Origin: an uncultured Acidobacteriota bacterium
GTDB lineage: Bacteria; Acidobacteriota; Thermoanaerobaculia; Multivoradales; UBA5704
NCBI GenBank assembly: GCA_963700145.1
Contig: OY969474.1
Span: 3,840,001 to 3,904,000 of the forward strand
DNA length: 64,000 bases
Direction: 5' to 3'
Under the pieces are notes generated by a model. It worked only from the letters and a program-made list of their open reading frames with translations, was not told where the DNA came from and searched no databases. The position numbers and the translations under genes are program-made. Shown one piece after another: positions 50,404 through 59,361 of the stretch. How positions within the stretch are numbered: position 1 is the stretch's first letter; each line of letters begins with the position of its first letter.

Positions 50404-50805
50404 ATGGAGGTTCTCGAATGCCCGCCCCGAAGCAAGAGCCGCCCGCTGCCAGTGGCGTTCCGCGAGACCTTCGCGGCCCTGTTCCCCTACACCCCGCTGC
50501 AGCACAGTTTGGGCAGTCTCTTGGCGAGCTTGGCCGAGTTCGCCGCGTCCCTGCCGGCCTTGGAGCCGCCCGGCGAGGTGACGCAGATGGAGACCGCGCT
50601 GCGCGCCGCCGCCGCCGACCTCCGCTACCTCGAGCGCTTCCTCTCCGCGCTCGGCCGCCAGGCCTCCGACCGGAAGCTCCTCCAGACCGACCGCCAGCTC
50701 GCCCGCGGCGCGGGCCGGCTCGTCGTCCGGCTCGGCGCCGCCGCCCGAGCGATCGACGAGATGGTCGACGCGGCCCAGGCGGCCCGCCGCTCGGAGGCCG
50801 GGTGA
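50404..50805 (+). CDS. Hypothetical helical protein
   Basis: Plausible codon use and amphipathic helices (ALRAAAADLRYLERFL); start uncertain. Confidence 0.45.
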   Translation: MEVLECPPRSKSRPLPVAFRETFAALFPYTPLQHSLGSLLASLAEFAASLPALEPPGEVTQMETALRAAAADLRYLERFLSALGRQASDRKLLQTDRQLARGAGRLVVRLGAAARAIDEMVDAAQAARRSEAG

Positions 50806-50885
50806 TGGCCCGCGCCGGCGCCCACGTCGCCCTCCAAGCCCGCCTCGCCGCATGCCTCAGCGGCGAGGGCTGAGGAGGTCTCCCC

Positions 50886-51625
50886 ATGGACCGCACGACG
50901 AACGCCGCCCTCCGCCTCCACCGCATCCTCCTCGCCCTGCGCGACGCGAGCCGCGAGGGGCGCCCCATCCGCCAGGTCCTCGCCGAGGTCTTCGAGCTCC
51001 AGCCGGACGACGACCTCGCCCTCCGCCGCCGGCTCCTCGCGGTCGACGACCTCTTCGCCGAGTCCGAGGCCGCGATCCGCTGATCCCGGGCGTCGACCTC
51101 CAGCGCCACCTCCGCCACTTCCCCGCGGCCAGGAAAGCCCTCCTCGGCGCCCGCCTCGACCAGGACTCTCGCCGCTACCCCCCGTTCCAGGAGGCTCTCG
51201 GCGAGGCCGTCTGTAGTCCGTCGAGTTCTGCGGCGCGCGAATCGCCGAGGAGTTCCCCGAGACCGCCCTGGCGACCGACGATCCTGGCCGAGGTCGAGGC
51301 CCGGCTCAACGCCCTCTTCGCCTTCACCGCCAGCGCCGAGCTCGACCCCGCGCTCCGCCAGGTCAGCCTCGACATCCTGCAGACCCTCCGCGCCGCCCTG
51401 ACCGACTACCGCATCCACGGCGCCGCCGGCTTGAAAGAGGCCGTCGAGCAGGCGGTGGGCAAGCTCACCGTCCACTACCTCCGCGCGGAACAGGGCGCCC
51501 GCCTCGACCTCGACCAGCTCGAGCGGCTCCTCGACCTGATCTTCAAGTTCGAGGCGCTGTTGGCCAAGGCGTCCGTCTACCTCCCGGCCCTGACCGAGTA
51601 CCTGCCGAAGCTCCTGGGGGCCTGA
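50886..51625 (+). pseudogene. Frameshifted hypothetical protein
   Basis: SD GAGGAGG; NAALRLHRIL... stops at 51083 and protein-like sequence continues in another frame (DYRIHGAAGL...LPKLLGA). Confidence 0.55.
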
Positions 51626-51629
51626 CGCG

Positions 51630-52175
51630 ATGGCCGAGTTGCGCTGGCTCCTGACCAGCCGCACCCTGATCGGCGTCCTCCACACGACCGAAGGCGACAC
51701 CGTGGAGGCGGCTGGCGCACGCTCCGCCAGCAGAACGCCGCCCCCCACTTCATCGCCGGCGAGCACCAGATCGTCCAGTGCCGGCCGCTCAACGTGCAGG
51801 CCTCCACGCTGCGGCCGGGCAGGAACAACACCGCCAACGTCCACGCCCAGATCCAGATCGAGATGGTCGCGCGGAGCCGGCAGGGGTTGTGGCTGCCGAA
51901 GGCCGCGACGCTGGAGCCGACCGTCGCCATCCTGGCCTTCTGCGAGAGACCCTCGGGATTCCCTTGAGAGTGCCGAACGACTGGCCGGACGACTGCTCGG
52001 ACATGCCGCTGCCCTGGCCGCGAACAACCGGCGGCGCAGGCAGGCGCAGCGGGGCTTGTGGCCCAAGGAGAAGGGCTGGTGGATGCACCTGGAGGTGCCC
52101 TACCCGGGGCCGACGTGGCACTGGGACTGCGGGGCGGTGCGGAGGACGAGGCTTCTTGCGCTGGCCAGACAGTAA
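51630..52175 (+). pseudogene. Frameshifted N-acetylmuramoyl-L-alanine amidase (endolysin-like)
   Basis: GVLHTTEG, APHF, QIEMV, MHLEVP and HWDCG lie in different frames. Confidence 0.6.
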
Positions 52176-52187
52176 ACTTCACAGGCC

Positions 52188-52559
52188 ATGAGCGAACCCA
52201 CGACCACCGCATCCTTCTTGCCATGCCCGTTCTGCGGGACTGATGCAGCGGTCCCCATGGGCAGGGGTGACGCAGGCCAATCCCGATTCTGTCCGTCCTG
52301 CGGCGCAGTTGGCCCGCTCGCGGGCAGTAAGGAAGGAGCGGTTGAGGCCTGGAACCGCCGCGCCTACGGCTGGCACAGCGTGGAGGACCGTCTTCCAGAG
52401 GGCGACGGCGCCGAAGTCGAATACCTTATCTTATTTGGCAGTCGACCTGAGCGCTACTCGCCAGCACTGGAGAGGATGGAGCTTGGTATGACAGCAAGGG
52501 CTTGTTCTGCGGAACGTGACTCATTGCTGGCACTTCCCGCGCTTCCGGCGAGACCTTGA
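52188..52559 (+). CDS. Phage Lar-like zinc-ribbon protein with a DUF551-like start; C-terminus probably degraded
   Basis: LPCPFCG...CPSCGAVGP...EAWNRRA followed by WHSVEDRLPE. Confidence 0.7.
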   Translation: MSEPTTTASFLPCPFCGTDAAVPMGRGDAGQSRFCPSCGAVGPLAGSKEGAVEAWNRRAYGWHSVEDRLPEGDGAEVEYLILFGSRPERYSPALERMELGMTARACSAERDSLLALPALPARP

Positions 52560-52864
52560 CGCCAGACGCCGGGCCAACGCTGCTCTTCCCAGTCGGCCCA
52601 GTTGTGGTAATGACAGGCTTTCCAAAGACCGGTACCTATGCCGGGTGCCCACTTGTCGGAGTATCCACAAAACCGAGTTGTTCGGTCATGGCCAAAGCCG
52701 TCCAAATACTGTATGCGCCCTGGACGAAAAGCAGGGCAACGACATAGTTGGCTCAGCCCACTAGGCTCCCCCTCCCCCTCCCCCCTCCCCGCCCTCCCTC
52801 CCCCCCTTTCTGTCAGTTTTCAGCTACTTGACTCATCAGGTCGCTGGCACCTAGACTTCGGTGC

Positions 52865-54013
52865 ATGCCCCCGCAGTATCCGACTGGCGACGGCACCGCG
52901 GCGCCATCACCAGAGCGTCCCCGTCTGCGGAGATGGCTCAACCCTAACGTTGGCGGGATGGCTCGCCTTGCTCACTGTCCGGGCGTGCGCAGGGCCGTCT
53001 TCTGGCTGTTCCAGCGCGCCCAGGATGCTGAATTCGCTGGCCGGGTCATAGCCGAACAGGTCAGCGAAATGAGTCCAGAGACTCTTGATGCACTTGCTAA
53101 GTGGGCGCCAGTCGTTATCGCCGGTTTTGGTCTTACATGGCTCTGGTTCACAGTTGAGCGCAGCCAGCCCCGAACAAGCATACTGATTGGCGCGGCGGCT
53201 GCGAGAGCGCCAGCGGCCTTGCCGCAGTTACCTGCAGAGCTGCCAAAACTTCGGTTCGCGGTGGATGAGCAGGGCATCAAATGGCTCAGATCATCGCCAC
53301 AGGAACTGAAGCGGTATTTCAACTCGCTGCCACTAGGGATGCGTCAGGGAGCGGCCGATGATCTCGTCGGACTACAGGTGCACTGGAAAGGCAAACTGGC
53401 GGGGGTGCGCGAGGAAGATGGCGAGGCGTCTCTTCAATTGATAGCAGATGAACCTAGCAGTTTCCGTGAAGCGTTCTTTGCGACCGTTCCGCTGTTCGCG
53501 GGCTTGAAGAACTATGCCGAGGGGACGGAGATCGCGGTCGAGGGAACGATTCACGACTTTATGCCGTCGCTAACGACATTTCTAGAGCCAGCGGAGGTTT
53601 CAGGGGGCCGCAGGGGGCCGGCCACGCTTCTACCGACAGAGAAACCGTCGGCAATACAAAGCGGACCACTCACTCCGCGAGAAATAAGTCGACAGGTAGA
53701 ACGAGTGCCGCTGGCGCTCAAAGCAACGGCGGCCAAAGGATTTATTGGAGGGGAGGTAAGCTGGCCGATCATCGTTAAACACATCCGCGATAAGAGACCT
53801 GGCTTCGTCGAAGTCTATGGCGAGGCAGAGGAAGGCGATGGTGTAGGCGTCTTTGCTGAGGTTGAGGCGACTGCCCTTATCGCGCTGCTTGATAGTGGCG
53901 CTCGGCTAACGATTAGGGGTCAACTCGCTGAGCTGTCCGTCCCGATTAGGCTGTCTTGGGTTGTGCTTAGGCCTGCGGTTGTCGAATCCGTAGAAAGCTA
54001 CCGCGGCAAATGA
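52865..54013 (+). CDS. Hypothetical membrane protein with a duplicated OB-fold-like domain
   Basis: Lower GC; one TM segment; SPQEL...VGLQVHWKGKL repeated as TPREI...IGGEVSWPIIV. Confidence 0.62.
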   Translation: MPPQYPTGDGTAAPSPERPRLRRWLNPNVGGMARLAHCPGVRRAVFWLFQRAQDAEFAGRVIAEQVSEMSPETLDALAKWAPVVIAGFGLTWLWFTVERSQPRTSILIGAAAARAPAALPQLPAELPKLRFAVDEQGIKWLRSSPQELKRYFNSLPLGMRQGAADDLVGLQVHWKGKLAGVREEDGEASLQLIADEPSSFREAFFATVPLFAGLKNYAEGTEIAVEGTIHDFMPSLTTFLEPAEVSGGRRGPATLLPTEKPSAIQSGPLTPREISRQVERVPLALKATAAKGFIGGEVSWPIIVKHIRDKRPGFVEVYGEAEEGDGVGVFAEVEATALIALLDSGARLTIRGQLAELSVPIRLSWVVLRPAVVESVESYRGK

Positions 54014-54109
54014 CTAAGCCAGTCCTCCACCTCAGAGATAAGCTCGCAGCGCGCGCCGGATGCTCGCGCTCTTGAACGTGCGTTCCTTCTCGGCTTCCGC
54101 GCCAGCGCC

Positions 54110-54290
54110 TCGGCTGCTGTACCGCTCGAATGGTAAGCCGCCCAGCTCGGTCCTCGATCTCGTAACGCTGCCCGCGGTCGAAGCCGACGCGCTGGAGCCA
54201 GCGGCCTGAGATGCGGGTCCCGGGACCAGGTTGCGGTAGCCGCGGCTGCGGCAGCAGATGCGCTCGCGCCGCTCGTCGGGCTCGGGAGCT
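54110..54290 (-). pseudogene. SymE-like type I toxin remnant
   Basis: RISGRWLQRVGFDRGQRYEIE...LTI; has a 48-bp deletion and a frameshift relative to the 56084-56434 copy. Confidence 0.65.
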
Positions 54291-54338
54291 GGTCAGTTTG
54301 GGGGCGGAAGGCGCGGATCGTGGTGCTAGCATCGCGTC

Positions 54339-54566
54339 ATGCGACTCGTGGAAGCCAGGTATGAGGAGGGTCTACTTAAGCCGACGGAGCCCCTTGCGCT
54401 TCGGCCCGGCGAGCGGGTCGGGCTGATCGTCGTCCGGCGCCCGGACCCGAGCCGGTGGGACCTTCAGCGCCTCGCGACGACCGGGGAGGGAGAGGACCTC
54501 GCGCTGGCGAAGCAGGGCCTTGGAGACTGGGCGGGCGCGCTGGAAGGAGAGGATCGCCTTCGATGA
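54339..54566 (+). CDS. DUF104/AF2212-like antitoxin
   Basis: MRLVEARYEEGLLKPTEPLALRPGERV. Confidence 0.78.
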   Translation: MRLVEARYEEGLLKPTEPLALRPGERVGLIVVRRPDPSRWDLQRLATTGEGEDLALAKQGLGDWAGALEGEDRLR

Positions 54567-54588
54567 CGGAGCGAGCAAGGAGCGAAAC

Positions 54589-54810
54589 TTGCGCTATACC
54601 GTGATCCTGGAGGAAGGGCGAGAGGGTGGGTTCGTCGCCATCTGCCCTGCCCTGCCGGGCTGTGTAAGCCAAGGCAACAGCAGGCAAGAGGCGCTCGGGA
54701 ACATCCGCGAGGCGGTCGAGGTCTACATCGAAGCGCTGCTCGAAGACGGCCTTCCGGTCCCCGTCGAGGAGGGACGCGAGACGGTCGAGATCGAGGTCTC
54801 GGCGCGTTGA
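54589..54810 (+). CDS. hicB: HicB family antitoxin
   Basis: YTVILE...GGFVAICPALPGCVSQG...EALGNIREA; SD AAGGAG, TTG 54589. Confidence 0.88.
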   Translation: MRYTVILEEGREGGFVAICPALPGCVSQGNSRQEALGNIREAVEVYIEALLEDGLPVPVEEGRETVEIEVSAR

Positions 54811-55031
54811 GCAAGCTTCCCGGGGTCTCTCGGGGCAGCAGGTTCGTCGTGCGCTCGAGCGGGGCCGGCTTTTACTTGAAGCGACAGAAGGGCAGCCACA
54901 TGGTGCTCCGCCGTGACGAGCCTTTCGCCCAGGTCGTCGTTCCCGCACATTCGAGCCTCGATACCGGCATGCTGGCGGCCATCCTCGACGCTGCTGGCTT
55001 GACTGCCGAACAGCTCAGAGAGCTTCTCTGA
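54807..55031 (+). CDS. hicA: HicA family toxin with a scrambled N-terminal helix
   Basis: GFYLKRQKGSHMVL...VVVPAH...GMLAAILDAAGL. Confidence 0.82.
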   Translation: MSKLPGVSRGSRFVVRSSGAGFYLKRQKGSHMVLRRDEPFAQVVVPAHSSLDTGMLAAILDAAGLTAEQLRELL

Positions 55032-55124
55032 TCAGCCCCGAGCTTCTTCCCGCGCCCCCAAGCCTCGCCTTAGTGCCCCTCCAGCGTGACGAGCGACTTA
55101 TGGGCTGTCCCACGTCCCACAGGA

Positions 55125-55925
55125 TCACGGCTCATAACCCATTGAAACCTGTGATAGTCCAGCAGCAGGGTTAGGCTCTTCCCACGACTCGCCACCGTTC
55201 TTAGTTCGGAAAACCCGGTTATTGGCGCCCACACCCCATGCATTAAGGTCGTCCACACCTGACACTTGATACAAACCTGCATTAGGATTGGGCTCATCCC
55301 AGTGGTCACCATTCGCCGTTTTGAAGACGCGGAGATTGCTCGGGTTCCCGATCCCCCAGGCGCCTTCAACCGTCCATGCATCGATCTGATATAACCTCGC
55401 ATCAGGGTTCGGCTCATCCCATTCATTGGTATTGATATTGAATTTCAGGACATGGTCATCAGACGTAAGACCCCAGATATTGTCGTACTTGCCTACCGAA
55501 ATCTGTTTCAGATGTATCGAGGGAGTGAATGGCAGCCAGCTGGAGCCTCCACTGACCCACTGAAAAATACGACCTTCGGATCCAATACCCCACAGGTCAT
55601 TCCCGTTCAAGTTCGATATCTGATCTAGCCTGGCCCCAGCATTTGGTTCGTCCCATGAGTTGCCGTTCCACCGATAGACCCGCCCATCCGGCCCCAATCC
55701 CCACACGGGCCCCCCTTGTTTACTCACAGAAACCTGCTTCAGTCTTGCATCGGGGTTTGGCTCAGACCAGCTGCTCCCATTCCACCTGTACACACGACCG
55801 TCTGGTCCGACTCCCCAGACAGCTAAGGTCGGTGGAGCCGCACCAGGTCCCATCGTCTGGCAGCCTGCCAGTACCAGAAGAATAAGGCTCAAGCTCCTTA
55901 GGATGCTTATCAAATGTCTCATCAT
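55125..55925 (-). CDS. Tectonin-like beta-propeller lipoprotein
   Basis: Lipobox LAGC; six repeats of WG(V/L/I)G..GRV(Y/F)RW..W.EPNP.ARL.Q(V/I)S; low GC. Confidence 0.8.
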   Translation of the reverse strand: MMRHLISILRSLSLILLVLAGCQTMGPGAAPPTLAVWGVGPDGRVYRWNGSSWSEPNPDARLKQVSVSKQGGPVWGLGPDGRVYRWNGNSWDEPNAGARLDQISNLNGNDLWGIGSEGRIFQWVSGGSSWLPFTPSIHLKQISVGKYDNIWGLTSDDHVLKFNINTNEWDEPNPDARLYQIDAWTVEGAWGIGNPSNLRVFKTANGDHWDEPNPNAGLYQVSGVDDLNAWGVGANNRVFRTKNGGESWEEPNPAAGLSQVSMGYEP

Positions 55926-56083
55926 TCTCCTTTGGCCATCTTGGGCCGCAGTCCGATCCCCCTAGAGACTCCCCGGTAAGTTGTGTAAGTTAGCAAGGAG
56001 AGGCGATAGAGCGCAAATGCGACGTCTGAGCGCCATGATCGCGGTTTGCGCTGAGCCGGGTTAAGACTTAGCCCGGCGTTCGC

Positions 56084-56434
56084 TTAGACGGCGGTGGGTT
56101 CCGAGCGCCCGGGGGACGGCGCCTCGGCCCGGCGATTGGGCGGGCGGTCGGACGGATCGTTGAGGTCGCCTAAACAGCTAGAAGGTAGGAGAAGCGCCGG
56201 GCCGCCCGGCCGGACCTCGATCTCGTAGTGCTGCCCGCGGTCGAAGCCGGCGCGCTGGAGCCAGCGGCCTGAGATGCGGAGGTCCGGGACCAGATTGCGG
56301 TAGCCCCGCATGCGGCAGCAGATGGTGCCGAGCGGCGGCCTTTCGCGGGCGACCGCGGCGCGGGCGAGCTTGCGCTCGCGCCACTCGTCGGGCTCGGGAA
56401 GCTCGTCGGCTCGAAGCGACCGAGCCGGCTTCAC
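56084..56434 (-). CDS. SymE-like type I toxin (C-terminus probably disrupted)
   Basis: VPDLRISGRWLQRAGFDRGQHYEIEV. Confidence 0.68.
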   Translation of the reverse strand: MKPARSLRADELPEPDEWRERKLARAAVARERPPLGTICCRMRGYRNLVPDLRISGRWLQRAGFDRGQHYEIEVRPGGPALLLPSSCLGDLNDPSDRPPNRRAEAPSPGRSEPTAV

Positions 56435-56558
56435 GCCACGCTACGAGTCTGACTCCTTATGTCTGAGTTGCGAGTCAAGAGCGCACCGTGCCTCGGCCAG
56501 GGTGAGGGAAAGCCCTGTGATTCTTCGTTCCCATCCTCGAACCCAAGAGGAGGCTCCA

Positions 56559-56735
56559 ATGGCACGCACGCAATGCTGGAATTGTAGTGGCACCGGCAAA
56601 GTCGACTGCTATTACTGCAAAGGAAAAGGCGGAGACCACGACTCCGAGGGTACGTGGCAGCAGTGCGCTTATTGTTATGGCAGCGGAAAGGGTACGTGCC
56701 ACAAGTGCGCGGGGAATGGCTTCGTCGAAGAATGA
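56559..56735 (+). CDS. Stand-alone DnaJ-type zinc-finger mini-protein (58 aa)
   Basis: SD GAGGAGG; four CxxCxGxG motifs. Confidence 0.78.
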   Translation: MARTQCWNCSGTGKVDCYYCKGKGGDHDSEGTWQQCAYCYGSGKGTCHKCAGNGFVEE

Positions 56736-56780
56736 TCGGCACGCCGCCGCTGGTACGTTTCTCGCAGCCCGGCGCCCGCC

Positions 56781-57752
56781 ATGTCGCTCCTGGTGGCCAC
56801 CCGCCGCACGGTGCTCGTGGTGGATCCCGAGCGGGGCACGGCGAAGGCCGGCGCGCAGCTCGCGGCGCGAGCCGCCTGCCTGGCGGCCGATCCGTACGCT
56901 CCGGGCCGCGCCTGGTGCGGCACCGGTGCCGGCGTGCTGCGCAGCGACGACGGCGGTGTGTCCTGGCAGCCCTCGGGGCTCGACGGCGAGGACGTCACCG
57001 CCATCGCCGCGAGCCCGGCCCGGCGCGGCCTCGTCTTCGCGGGGACCGAGCCGAGCGTGCTCTGGCGCTCGGACGACGGCGGGGCGAGCTGGTCGCGCGA
57101 GGATGCGCTGCTCGCCCTGCCGTCCGCCGGCGAATGGTCGTTCCCGCCCCGTCCCGAGACCCACCACGTGCGCTGGATCGGCTGCCACCCTGCCGACGCC
57201 GGCCGCCTGTGGGTGGCGATCGAGGCCGGGGCGCTGGTGACGAGCGCGGACGGTGGACGCAGCTGGCGGGACCGCGTGCCCGGCGGGCCCTACGACACGC
57301 ACCAGCTGGCGATCCACCCCGAGCGGCCGGAGTGGCTGCGCTCGGCCGCCGGCGACGGCTACTTCGAGAGCCGCGACGGCGGCGCGACGTGGGCCTCGCC
57401 GGAGGAGGGTCTCGACGTCGGCTACCTGGTGAGCGTCGCCGTCGACCCCGGCGATCCGGAGGTGGTGGTGGTGTCGGCGGCCTCGGGCCCGTACTCGGCG
57501 TACATGGCCGGCCGCGCCGACGGGCGCCTCTACCGGCGTGCGGGCGGCGGGCGCTGGCAGCGCGTCGTCGCCGGCTGGCCCGACCCGCCGGCGACGATCG
57601 CCCCGCGGCTCGCCGCCGGGGCCGCCGCCGGCGAGCTGTGGGCCGCGGACGAGCGCGGCGTCCACCGCTCCGGCGACGGCGGCCGCTCGTGGGAGCGGGT
57701 GGCAGCCTTCGCGCCGCCCGCGCCGTCGCTCGCCGCGCTCGCGTTTCTCTAG
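56781..57752 (+). CDS. BNR/Asp-box repeat beta-propeller protein
   Basis: Repeated SxDGGxSW; AGTEPS; HHVRWI. Confidence 0.85.
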   Translation: MSLLVATRRTVLVVDPERGTAKAGAQLAARAACLAADPYAPGRAWCGTGAGVLRSDDGGVSWQPSGLDGEDVTAIAASPARRGLVFAGTEPSVLWRSDDGGASWSREDALLALPSAGEWSFPPRPETHHVRWIGCHPADAGRLWVAIEAGALVTSADGGRSWRDRVPGGPYDTHQLAIHPERPEWLRSAAGDGYFESRDGGATWASPEEGLDVGYLVSVAVDPGDPEVVVVSAASGPYSAYMAGRADGRLYRRAGGGRWQRVVAGWPDPPATIAPRLAAGAAAGELWAADERGVHRSGDGGRSWERVAAFAPPAPSLAALAFL

Positions 57753-57843
57753 ACCCCCCTGCAATCCAAATCCTCCCCCTTCCACGTAGGGCAGTTTGTA
57801 TCGAGGCGCTTCACTCAAAACGTCCAAGGGAGGAGAAACTCAA

Positions 57844-59334
57844 ATGCGTCGAGTCAACATCTGCCTCGCCCTGCTCTGCGCGCTGGCCGCCGCGGCCCTG
57901 CCGGCCGCCGCTTCCAGCCACCGCGAGGCCCCGGGGATCACCGAGATGCCGAAGGTGGACGGCACCGACTTCTACATGTTCAGGAGCTACGAGGCCGGGC
58001 GGAGCGGCTTCGTCACCCTGGTCGCCAACTACGTGCCCTTGCAGGACGCCTACGGCGGGCCCAACTACTTCGCGCTCGACCCGGATGCCCGCTACCGCGT
58101 CCACGTCGACAACACCGGCGACGGCGTCGAGGACGTCAGCTTCCAGTTCCGCTGCGTGCAGGCGCTGGCCGACATCCAGATCCCGGTCGGCGGCGTCGAC
58201 GTCTCGGTGCCGCTGATCAACATCGGCGGCATCTCCGGCGGCCCGGGCAACCGCGACGCCACCCTCAACGTCGCCGAGAGCTGCACCCTCGGCGTGGCGC
58301 GCGGCCGGATCACCAACGGCACGCACTGGGACCTCGTCACCGACTCCGAGACCCACAGCGGCCGCTTCGGCAAGCCGACCGACAACATCGGCCAGAAGTC
58401 GATCGCCGATTACGCGGGGTACGCCCAGCAGTTCATCCGCTCGATCGACATCCCGGGCTGCGGCACCGCCGGCAAGGTCTTCGTCGGCCAGCGCAAGGAG
58501 TCGTTCGCCGTCAACCTGGGCGAGGTCTTCGACCTGGTCAACATCGCGGACCCGCTGGGGCCGCGCGACGCCGAGCCCAGCGCCACCGAGTACAAGAACG
58601 TCACCTCGTTCGTCCTCGAGGTGCCGGCGTCCTGCCTCACCAGCGCCGGCAACCCGGTCATCGGCGGCTGGACGACGGCGCACCTGCCGCGTCAGCGGTC
58701 GCTCAAGAACAACCCGAGCTTCAACCGCCCGGCCGACGTCGGCGGCGACCTGGTGCAGGTCTCCCGCCTCGGCATGCCGCTGGTCAACGAGCTGGTGATC
58801 GGCCTCAAGGACAAGAACCTGTTCAACGCCGTCACCCCCGAGGGTGACGCGGCCGTCGCCACCTACGTCACCAACCCGACGCTGCCGGAGCTGCTGGAGA
58901 TCCTCTTCGGCACGCCGGCGCCGAACAACTTCCCGCGCCTCGACCTGGTGGCCGCCTTCGCCACCGGCATCACCGGCTTGAACCTCCTCTCCGACGGCCA
59001 GCCGCACGAGCTGCTGCGCTTGAACACCTCGATCGCCGCGGTGCCGGCGGCGAGCCAGAACAACCTCGGCGCCCTGGGCGGCGACAACGCCGGCTTCCCC
59101 AACGGCCGCCGGCCGGGGGACGACGTCGTCGACATCGAGCTGCGGGTGGCGATGGGGGTCCTCTGCCACGCCTTCCCCGGCGCCTTCGGCTGCGTCGCCG
59201 CTGACGCGCCGGCGGGGAACCTGCCGTTCACCGACGGCACGCTCCAGGACGCCAGCCAGTTCGACAGCGTCTTCCCCTACCTGCGGGCGCCGCTGCCGGG
59301 CTCGCCGAACGGCCCGAACGGGATCTTCCCGTAA
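57844..59334 (+). CDS. DUF4331 domain secreted protein
   Basis: ASSHREAP, QVSRLGMPLVNE, GFPNGRRPGDDVVDI; ATG 57844. Confidence 0.92.
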   Translation: MRRVNICLALLCALAAAALPAAASSHREAPGITEMPKVDGTDFYMFRSYEAGRSGFVTLVANYVPLQDAYGGPNYFALDPDARYRVHVDNTGDGVEDVSFQFRCVQALADIQIPVGGVDVSVPLINIGGISGGPGNRDATLNVAESCTLGVARGRITNGTHWDLVTDSETHSGRFGKPTDNIGQKSIADYAGYAQQFIRSIDIPGCGTAGKVFVGQRKESFAVNLGEVFDLVNIADPLGPRDAEPSATEYKNVTSFVLEVPASCLTSAGNPVIGGWTTAHLPRQRSLKNNPSFNRPADVGGDLVQVSRLGMPLVNELVIGLKDKNLFNAVTPEGDAAVATYVTNPTLPELLEILFGTPAPNNFPRLDLVAAFATGITGLNLLSDGQPHELLRLNTSIAAVPAASQNNLGALGGDNAGFPNGRRPGDDVVDIELRVAMGVLCHAFPGAFGCVAADAPAGNLPFTDGTLQDASQFDSVFPYLRAPLPGSPNGPNGIFP

Positions 59335-59361
59335 GCCGTAGGATCGGCGAGCTTGCAGGCA

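Noticed and set aside
52454-52764. Short ORFs between the Lar-like gene and the membrane gene
   Set aside because: No recognisable motifs or ribosome-binding sites; cannot choose a frame
56010-56180. Integron attC sites around the tectonin/TA cargo
   Set aside because: Hairpins exist (about 56011-56051 and 56055-56077), but paired RYYYAAC/GTTRRRY boxes and an integrase were not found
46300-56740. Intact prophage or integrative element
   Set aside because: No integrase, terminase, capsid, relaxase or att repeats recognised
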